Source: Candidatus Forterrea multitransposorum CG_2015-17_Forterrea_25_41 (lineage in GTDB: Archaea; Iainarchaeota; Iainarchaeia; Iainarchaeales; CSSED10-239). From it: a stretch of 64,000 nucleotides of DNA. Positions 28,856 to 36,005 of the stretch are shown piece by piece. Position numbers and translations under genes: made by a program. The stretch is taken from assembly GCA_009392915.1 (NCBI GenBank), contig CP045477.1:160001-224000 (forward strand). The letters are read 5' to 3'. Every line of letters starts with the position of its first letter. Position 1 is the stretch's first letter. The notes beneath the pieces were generated by a model. It was not told the DNA's origin and searched no databases. It worked only from the letters and a program-made list of their open reading frames with translations.

Positions 28856-28905
28856 AATATATCTCTTTTCAAGCAGGGGGTAGCTGGCCGAGTAAATTAA
28901 TTTAG
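28856..28905. repeat. GC-rich 50-nt direct repeat, copy R2, upstream of the antitoxin-toxin operon
   Basis: Identical to R1. Confidence 0.8.
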
Positions 28906-29904
28906 AACTTTTTTTAATTCTTTTTCATTTGGTAAAAATGTACTTAATTTTTTAGGAATTTTAGATAATTTGTATTCTGCTATTCCTAATGGATATTTAT
29001 TATTTAATAAAGAATATTCTACTATTGTCTTATTCTTAGATTTACATATTAATAATCCAATAGTTTCTTTATCTTCTTTTCTTTTCATATCTTTATTTAT
29101 TACATTAATATAAAACCCTATTTGGCCAAGATATTCTGGTTTGAATTCAGTAATTTTTAATTCAATTACTATAAATCTTTTTAAAATATAATTATAAAAT
29201 AATAAATCTATATAAAAATCTTTATTTCCAACATTAATTTTAAATTGTTTTCCAATAAATGCAAATCCTTTTCCTAATTCTATTAAAAATTTAGATATAT
29301 TTGAAACAATAGATTCTTCTAATTCTTTTTCATTAAATTCTTCTTTTAAATGTAAAAAATCTAATATATAATTTTCTTTAAAATAATTTAAAATAAATTT
29401 TGAATCTTTTTTTGGAAGTGTGTTTAAAAAATTAATGTTTATGTTTTTTTTTCTTGCATATAAATTTAATTCTATTTGATGTTCTAATAATACTTTAGAC
29501 CATAAATTATTAATTGATTCTTGAATATAGAAAAGTGCTTCTTCTTTATTTTTAATTTTATCTAGAATTAATCTTATTTGATTCCAAGGTAATTGTGCCA
29601 CAACTTGTGGCACATTTTCTGTTTTAAAAAATAAATAGAATTTTCTCATATAAAATAAATTTCTTCTCGAAAAACCTTTTACATTAGGGAATTCTTTTCT
29701 TAAATCTTTTTCTATTTGCCCAATTAAATTTATTCCCCAATTACTTTCTTTTTGTTTAAAATAAATTTCTTTTCCAAGAGTGTAATAAAGATTAATTAAT
29801 TCTGAATTTACTTTTAATATTGCATTTTGTCTTGATTTAATAATGTTTTCTTTAATTTTAGAAATAAATTCTATATATTCTTTATTAAATATATTTTTTT
29901 CCAT
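28897..29904 (-). CDS. YhcG-like DUF1016 protein with a C-terminal PD-(D/E)XK nuclease domain
   Basis: The N-terminal region resembles DUF1016 (KENIIKSRQNAILKVNSELINLYYTLGKEI). The C-terminal DLLFYNYILKRFIVIELKITEFKPEYLGQIGFYIN carries the D...E.K restriction-endonuclease-like motif. Confidence 0.65.
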   Translation of the reverse strand: MEKNIFNKEYIEFISKIKENIIKSRQNAILKVNSELINLYYTLGKEIYFKQKESNWGINLIGQIEKDLRKEFPNVKGFSRRNLFYMRKFYLFFKTENVPQVVAQLPWNQIRLILDKIKNKEEALFYIQESINNLWSKVLLEHQIELNLYARKKNININFLNTLPKKDSKFILNYFKENYILDFLHLKEEFNEKELEESIVSNISKFLIELGKGFAFIGKQFKINVGNKDFYIDLLFYNYILKRFIVIELKITEFKPEYLGQIGFYINVINKDMKRKEDKETIGLLICKSKNKTIVEYSLLNNKYPLGIAEYKLSKIPKKLSTFLPNEKELKKVLN

Positions 29905-29942
29905 ATCTTATCTATTCTAGATATATTTTATATTTTTACAAA

Positions 29943-29982
29943 AATATATCTCTTTTCAAGCAGGGGGTAGCTAGCTGAGTAA
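29943..29982. repeat. GC-rich direct repeat, copy R3 (the first 30 nt identical, then agctgag in place of ggccgag), upstream of the yhcG-like gene
   Basis: aatatatctcttttcaagcagggggtagct is identical, followed by a variant tail agctgagtaaa. Confidence 0.75.
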
Positions 29983-30083
29983 AAAAGATTAAATTTTAAT
30001 TTCTATAGCCAATAACCTACATTAACATTATAAACTCTTTCTCTCTTAAATATATTATTAAATATAAAAAATAAGATTATATT

Positions 30084-31298
30084 ATGAGATATTCACATTC
30101 TTCCATGGAGACTTTTAGAAATTGTCCTCTTCAATTTAAATATAAGTATATTGAAAAAGTAGATATACCTATTAAAAATAATATAGAAGCATTCATGGGT
30201 TCAATGGTCCATAATACTTTAGAAAAATTATATACAGATCTAAAATATAATAAATTATTATCTTTAGATGAAGTATTAGATTATTACAATAAATCTTGGA
30301 CAGATAATTTTTCATTTGATAAAGTAGAAATTATAAGAGAAGGTTATACTGAAGAAAACTACAAGTCTTTAGGTCAAGATTACCTAAAAAATTATTATAA
30401 TACTTATAAACCTTTCAATCAAGGAAAAACTATTGGCCTTGAAATGCAAGTAAATATTTCTTTATATGATAAAGAAAGACAAAAAACTTATGATCTTATA
30501 GGTTATATTGATAGACTTTCTTTAGTTTCAGATAATCATATAGAAATTATAGATTATAAAACAAATAATTCTGCAAAAACTCAACAAGAGGTAGATGTTG
30601 ATAAACAACTTGCTCTTTATTCTATAGCAATTAAAGAAAAATTTCCTTTTGTTGAAAAAATAGATCTTTGTTGGTTTTTTTTGTCAGCTGGTATAAAACA
30701 AGTTTCAACAAGAACTGTAGATGATTTAGAAAAATTAAAACAAGAAACAATAGAAATTATAAGGGAGATCGAAGATTCTAAGCAAAAAAATAATTTTCCA
30801 GGTAAACCTTCTGCTCTTTGTGATTGGTGTGCTTTTAGGTCAATTTGTCCTTTTAAAGCACACGATGTTATTACTAAAAATCTTTCAGAAAATGAATATT
30901 TAAAAGAAGAGGGTGTTTTCTTAGTTGATAAGTATCAAGAATTTACTGAAAAAAAGAAAGCTTTACTTGATGAAATTGATCCAGAGATTGAAAAGGTAAA
31001 AGAAGCAATAATTAATTATTCTAAAAAGAATAATTTAGAAAAGCTTTTTGGAAAAGAAAAATCTTTAATTGTAAAAGAATATTCTTCTTTTAAAATACCT
31101 GAAAAAAAATCAAAAGAAAGAGAAGAACTTGAAGCTCTTTTAAAGGAAAATAATTTTTGGCCTTTTGTTTCTGATCTTTCATATATAGAAATTTCAAATC
31201 TTATAAAAAATGGTTTTTTTGAAAGTTCTTTTAAAGAAAAACTTTTAAAATATTTAAAAGAAGAAAAAATAAATAGACTTTATTTAAATAAAAAATAA
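30084..31298 (+). CDS. PD-(D/E)XK-family nuclease with a C-terminal Cys cluster (Cas4/RecB-like nuclease fold), with no CRISPR nearby
   Basis: Catalytic block GYIDRLSLVSDNHIEIIDYKTN (D...E.K). The cysteine cluster CDWCAFRSICPF plus an N-terminal CPLQF suggests a 4Fe-4S-binding Cas4-like domain. Confidence 0.6.
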   Translation: MRYSHSSMETFRNCPLQFKYKYIEKVDIPIKNNIEAFMGSMVHNTLEKLYTDLKYNKLLSLDEVLDYYNKSWTDNFSFDKVEIIREGYTEENYKSLGQDYLKNYYNTYKPFNQGKTIGLEMQVNISLYDKERQKTYDLIGYIDRLSLVSDNHIEIIDYKTNNSAKTQQEVDVDKQLALYSIAIKEKFPFVEKIDLCWFFLSAGIKQVSTRTVDDLEKLKQETIEIIREIEDSKQKNNFPGKPSALCDWCAFRSICPFKAHDVITKNLSENEYLKEEGVFLVDKYQEFTEKKKALLDEIDPEIEKVKEAIINYSKKNNLEKLFGKEKSLIVKEYSSFKIPEKKSKEREELEALLKENNFWPFVSDLSYIEISNLIKNGFFESSFKEKLLKYLKEEKINRLYLNKK

Positions 31299-31300
31299 TT

Positions 31301-31564
31301 TTATTTATTTCTCATAAAAAACTCTAAAACTTCTTGTTTAGTTTTACCTGTTTTTTCTGCAACTTCTTTAATAATAATTTCTACAAATTTAGAAGATACT
31401 ACTTTATTTCCTTTTTTTAAAATTATTTCTCTACCATGACTATCTCTAAAAACAATATGTCTATGGTTTCCTTTTTCCTTTTCAAAACCAAGTTTATTGT
31501 ATATTCTTTCAAGTTGTTCTGGTCTTAATGTTGAAGGTTTTTTTCCATTAAAAGGTTTTGCCAT
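31301..31564 (-). CDS. hicA: HicA-like (YcfA family) mRNA-interferase toxin, with no recognisable HicB partner
   Basis: LERIYNKLGFEKEKGNHRHIVFRDSHGREIILKKGNKVVSSKFVEIIIKEVAEKTG follows the HicA pattern (l.k.Gf....kGSH..f.hp.g....vP.h...l..g.l.sIlkqag). Confidence 0.5.
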   Translation of the reverse strand: MAKPFNGKKPSTLRPEQLERIYNKLGFEKEKGNHRHIVFRDSHGREIILKKGNKVVSSKFVEIIIKEVAEKTGKTKQEVLEFFMRNK

Positions 31565-31578
31565 TTTTAATCTTTCCT

Positions 31579-32142
31579 TTATTTAAAATCCATATTTATT
31601 TTAATTTCTTCTAAAACAGCAGTAATAAATTCATTTAAGGGTATATTTAGTTTAGTTTCACATAATCTTATTTCTTCTCTTGAAACAGCTGCTGCAAATG
31701 TTTTGTCTTTAAATTTTTTAATAATAGATTTTGTTTCTGCATTTTTAATTTCTTTATCTGGTCTCATTAAAACATATGCTCTAATAATTCCAGTTAAGCC
31801 ATCTACAGAAAAGAGAGCATTTTCTACAGTTTCTTTTCTTTCTATTTTCAAAGCATCGTTATGTGATTTAATAATATCTATTATCTCTTGAGAGATTCCT
31901 TCTTCTTGTAATATTTTTTCTCCAACTAAACAATGCACATTAATATCTCCATTATATTTTTCAATATCAATGTCATGGAGTGCACCAATCAAAAACCATT
32001 CTTCTTGTTTTTCTTCTGGTAATTTAAGATATTTAGAAACTCCTTTCATTCCATAACCTACCATTAAACAATGTTCAAGGTTTGCTTTTTCTTTAATATG
32101 TTTGTTTAATATTTCTATAGTTTTTTCTTTTGTATTGTTCAT
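31579..32142 (-). CDS. HD-domain phosphohydrolase
   Basis: His...HD...D motif (LMVGYGMKG...FLIGALHDIDIEKYNGD). 187 aa, lying 15 nt upstream of the hicA-like gene. Confidence 0.55.
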   Translation of the reverse strand: MNNTKEKTIEILNKHIKEKANLEHCLMVGYGMKGVSKYLKLPEEKQEEWFLIGALHDIDIEKYNGDINVHCLVGEKILQEEGISQEIIDIIKSHNDALKIERKETVENALFSVDGLTGIIRAYVLMRPDKEIKNAETKSIIKKFKDKTFAAAVSREEIRLCETKLNIPLNEFITAVLEEIKINMDFK

Positions 32143-32154
32143 ATTTTAAAACCT

Positions 32155-35100
32155 TTAATTTTGATATTTATATCTTACAATAACAATTCCAGAACCACCA
32201 TTTCCACCATTTGCTGATGAATTTGTTGCTGATCCGTTTCCACCATTTCCTGTGTTTGCAGCAGCAGAAGATGCATCTGAGTGAGCATCACCACCTTTAG
32301 CATAAGTGTTTCCCCAAATGGTCATACCAGGACCTCCATTAGGTACTGTTCCAGGTCCTCCCGCTCCTCCTCCTCCACCAGCTCCAACATTAACAACAGA
32401 GGTTGCACCAGGATATCCAAATCCTGTATTAGGATACCCATCATTTGTACTTGGTTGTGTTGCACTTCCACCATTTGCAGGCACTGCACTATAAAGGTTT
32501 GCACCTCCACCTGAACCACCTGATGTACCATCTCTGGAAGGATTATCTCTTGATCCTCCACCACCACCACCATATGCAATTAAATTTTTAAATACAGAAT
32601 TATTTCCATTATTTCCTGTAAAGTCTTGATTTGTAGAACCTGTTCCTCCTGCTCCTACAGTAACAGTAATATTTCCAGTACTTGAAAGTGTGTAGTCTTC
32701 AACATATACAAGACCTCCAGCACCTCCTCCTCCAGGATTTCTTAAAGTATTTGTTCCTGCTTTTCCAGCACCTCCACCACCACCAACAACTAAAACATCT
32801 ACTTTTCCCTCTCCTAATGTTGTTACATTAAATGTTCCACTTGATGTAAAAGTATGATATTTATAGTCTCCAGAAGTTGTAACTGTTCCTCCTGTTGCTT
32901 CTAAATATCCTTGATTTATTGTTAAGTTTATAGATGCTCCTGCTGTTTGATATTGATCATTTACTATTAAAGTTATCTTATGTTCTCCTGATGATAGATT
33001 AGTTGTTGAAAAGTTACAAGTTGAACTTAAAGTTCCATCTATATTTGAATCCCAATAACATGAATGGCTTCCAGATGGATTTGTAATTGTTGAATTAAAA
33101 GTTAGGTTTTCGCCATAATTATGTGTTGATGAGTTTGAGGGAGTATCAATTGTAACTGATATTGGATTAGGTATGCTACGCATAAATATCCAAGATATAC
33201 CTACAATTCCAATTTCTTCAACTCTTAATAAAGGAATTGTACCATCGGGATCAAATGAAGAAATACTGACTGATGTAAAATCTCCACTTGTTCCTGTTAC
33301 AACTGTTGAATTATTAATTATTAAATTTCCTGAATTTGAAGAATAAGATGCAGCAGTAGATCCTAATCCATAATAGACTCTTAATTGGTTTATGTCACTA
33401 GGTCCATTCCATGTATTCATTGTAAGTAATCCATTATCTGCAGGTCCACTATAGAAAAATGATAAAAATTCAGGTCTTCTTGTATAACTTGCAAAATTAA
33501 CATTTACTCCATCATTATAATGTGTATAATAATCTAGATTATAACCATATGTAGATAGATCTGTAGTTAATATACGGTTACCATTCCATGCAGGATAAGA
33601 TGAGTCATAAGTATTATCTGTTGAAAATGAAGAATACAACATCCAACCTCCTCCATTATCTTCCATATTACAATAAATTTGAGTTGGAACTCCGTCTTTT
33701 AATATCCAATAAACTCCGTTTGTAGCACTTGGATTGTTATTTTTAATATACATTGCAGAAGGTGCTGCTTTTTCTGAAGAACTTCCATCTAAATCTATAA
33801 TTGTTATTGAAATATTTTTATCTATAGTTTGTTCTTGATCAGTAACAGATAATGTTATTGTATGTTCTCCAACTGTTAAACTACTTGTTGAAAAATCACA
33901 ATTACTTGATAAACTTCCATCTATAGATGATACCCAAGAACAACTATAACTTCCGTTTTCATTTTCTATTTGAGAATTAAAATCAATTGCTTCTCCAAAA
34001 CTGAATGTTTGTAAGTTTGTAGGAGAATTAATATTTATTGTAAGTTCTTCAACATATTCATTTTTAGTATTATCATAAATTGCTTTAATTTCATTTAAAT
34101 TTAAACTTCTGCCATATAGTCTATAGTCTGAAATCATTCCTTTAAAATATCTTGTATTTGTAGAATTTATTCCAAATTTAACTCCTCCACCTTGTGTTTC
34201 ATAACTATAAATTTCTTCTAATGTTTTTTCTAAGTTTCCATTAATATAACCTTTTAAAGTTTTTAATGTTTCATCATATGTAACTGTATAATTAATCCAT
34301 TTATTTTCTTCAACAGGATCTGAAAGCTCATAAGTTGAATATCCTCCATCTAAATCTCTCCATCTTATTTCCATTTTTTTATCAACAGGATTAATACTAA
34401 CTCTAAGATTATTTTTTTGAGACCAAAAGAAACTTTCATGTTCTAAACTTTGATTTTCTGTATAATATATCCATCCATTTATTGTAAATGAACTATAATC
34501 ACCTACATTTGAAACATTAATATAATCATTAGCTCCATCTAAATTTAATTTAGAACTACTATTCCAATTTGCAGTTCCAACAATACTTCCATTATTAGAA
34601 TTTCCTGAATAATCGTATACTGTGCTTCCTTCTCCTTCATCTATTTTCCAATATCCAATTATTTGATAATCAATACAGTCAAGTACATTATAGTTATTTG
34701 TTTTAATAGGTTTTACAATTTCTCTCCCTTTATCTGTATTTAATTTTAATATATAATTTTCTTCAGGAGCACATACAACATCTATTTCTTTAGTTTCTTT
34801 TTTTTCAATAGTTATTGGTTCTTCAAAAAATATATTTTTATTTAAATATTCTGTATCAACAGCATCTGATGCAATAAAATAACTAGTTAATACTAAATCT
34901 TGATTAATATTGTTGTTTGAAAGTACAATACTTTGATTTACAACTTCTTCAATTAAGATTTCATCTCCAATTCTTTGTATCTCAATTATAGGAATATTAT
35001 TATTTTTATCCACAACACTAAATCTTAATTCTTCAAGTCCAGGCATAATATCAATGTAGTTATAAAAAAGAATATTATTATTATAATCAATATTATAAAG

Positions 35101-35463
35101 TAGACTTGTTTCTTGTCTATTAATTATAAGTGATCCTATTTGGCTTTGTGTTTTTAGATTTTCAATACTTCTTTTATTTTTAATTTCTTGTCTTAAATAA
35201 AGATTACTTGAGTTATTATCAACTGTAATTGGGTCACTTAAATCTAAATAAACTTCTTTATAGCTTCCAACTTCTGAATCTTTTAAATCTGTTAAAATAT
35301 CATTAATATATGCTAAGTTATCTCTGTTGTTTTTCATTCTTTGTGAATCTTCTAGAGTTCCAAAATAATTCATTGCAAAATAAATAAATATACCTAAAAA
35401 TATAATACTTACAAAAAGAATTGCTATTCCTGAAAATAAAGATGTTACTCCTTTTTGATTCAT
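32155..35463 (-). CDS. Giant pilin-signal adhesin (1102 aa) with a class III signal peptide, LamG/ConA-like domain, PKD-like domains, a fibrinogen-related domain and a Gly-rich C-terminal beta-rich domain
   Basis: Signal MNQKG|VTSLFSGIAILFVSIIFLGIFIYFA. LamG_3 region IGYWKIDEGEGSTVYDYSGNSNNGSIVG...TINGWIYY. PKD-like repeats ending GEHTITLSVTDQEQT / GEHKITLIVNDQYQT. Fibrinogen motif GVYWILKDGVPTQIYCNMEDNGGGWMLY. C-terminal VDVLVVGGGGGAG...GGGGAGG...GSGIVIVRYKY. Confidence 0.7.
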   Translation of the reverse strand: MNQKGVTSLFSGIAILFVSIIFLGIFIYFAMNYFGTLEDSQRMKNNRDNLAYINDILTDLKDSEVGSYKEVYLDLSDPITVDNNSSNLYLRQEIKNKRSIENLKTQSQIGSLIINRQETSLLYNIDYNNNILFYNYIDIMPGLEELRFSVVDKNNNIPIIEIQRIGDEILIEEVVNQSIVLSNNNINQDLVLTSYFIASDAVDTEYLNKNIFFEEPITIEKKETKEIDVVCAPEENYILKLNTDKGREIVKPIKTNNYNVLDCIDYQIIGYWKIDEGEGSTVYDYSGNSNNGSIVGTANWNSSSKLNLDGANDYINVSNVGDYSSFTINGWIYYTENQSLEHESFFWSQKNNLRVSINPVDKKMEIRWRDLDGGYSTYELSDPVEENKWINYTVTYDETLKTLKGYINGNLEKTLEEIYSYETQGGGVKFGINSTNTRYFKGMISDYRLYGRSLNLNEIKAIYDNTKNEYVEELTININSPTNLQTFSFGEAIDFNSQIENENGSYSCSWVSSIDGSLSSNCDFSTSSLTVGEHTITLSVTDQEQTIDKNISITIIDLDGSSSEKAAPSAMYIKNNNPSATNGVYWILKDGVPTQIYCNMEDNGGGWMLYSSFSTDNTYDSSYPAWNGNRILTTDLSTYGYNLDYYTHYNDGVNVNFASYTRRPEFLSFFYSGPADNGLLTMNTWNGPSDINQLRVYYGLGSTAASYSSNSGNLIINNSTVVTGTSGDFTSVSISSFDPDGTIPLLRVEEIGIVGISWIFMRSIPNPISVTIDTPSNSSTHNYGENLTFNSTITNPSGSHSCYWDSNIDGTLSSTCNFSTTNLSSGEHKITLIVNDQYQTAGASINLTINQGYLEATGGTVTTSGDYKYHTFTSSGTFNVTTLGEGKVDVLVVGGGGGAGKAGTNTLRNPGGGGAGGLVYVEDYTLSSTGNITVTVGAGGTGSTNQDFTGNNGNNSVFKNLIAYGGGGGGSRDNPSRDGTSGGSGGGANLYSAVPANGGSATQPSTNDGYPNTGFGYPGATSVVNVGAGGGGGAGGPGTVPNGGPGMTIWGNTYAKGGDAHSDASSAAANTGNGGNGSATNSSANGGNGGSGIVIVRYKYQN

Positions 35464-35993
35464 TATTCTTCACTTTTATTAAAATCTAATAATTCTATTT
35501 CTATAATTATTTTATTTTCATCAAGATTATAATCTTGATAACTAAAAACATAATTTGTTTGTCCTTGATTTAAATTAATTAAATTACAATCTATGTTTAT
35601 TTGGGAATTATTGTTTATTGTTTTTTTAAAATAGGCTCTATTTGATTCTTTACTAACTTCAATATCTTTTATTGTAACTAATTGATCATCTCTAATCTCT
35701 GAGTTAAAGATTATTTCTCCTCTGATTTCATTTTGATTACAATCAATCTCTAAGACTTCTGGATTATATATTGTAATTTCTTTTGCTGAAAATCTAGATT
35801 TTGAAATTTCTTGAAAAGTATTTGAAATTAAATCTATGTTTTCAATCATTTGATCAAAATTATATTTTTCTTGATTTTTTTCAATAGTATCTTGCACCAT
35901 ATAAAGTATGCTTGAAAGAATGGCTATACTTACAAATATATATAGAAAGTATGAAAATAAATTTGCTGCTCCTTTTTCTTTTCTTAAAAACAT
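35463..35993 (-). CDS. Small pilin-like protein (176 aa) with a class III signal peptide, a candidate minor pilin of the adhesin operon
   Basis: MFLRKEKG|AANLFSYFLYIFVSIAILSSILYMV. Its TAA shares one base with the downstream ATG (TAATG) and it lies 12 nt downstream of the 802-aa gene. Confidence 0.55.
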   Translation of the reverse strand: MFLRKEKGAANLFSYFLYIFVSIAILSSILYMVQDTIEKNQEKYNFDQMIENIDLISNTFQEISKSRFSAKEITIYNPEVLEIDCNQNEIRGEIIFNSEIRDDQLVTIKDIEVSKESNRAYFKKTINNNSQINIDCNLINLNQGQTNYVFSYQDYNLDENKIIIEIELLDFNKSEE

Positions 35994-36005
35994 ATTTTAA
36001 AACCT

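Noticed and set aside
28141-29982. GC-rich 50-nt repeats considered as a CRISPR array
   Set aside because: There are only three copies, separated by 715 and 1087 bp of protein-coding sequence. The copies are not regularly spaced, and no cas genes are present. This fits an upstream regulatory or recombination element instead.
32281-32579. Three overlapping ORF-track entries (77, 62 and 85 aa) within the adhesin C-terminus
   Set aside because: These are antisense or alternative-frame artefacts of the Gly-rich (GGN-codon, locally GC-richer) region of the 1102-aa gene. They give low-complexity Pro/Val/Gln-rich translations.
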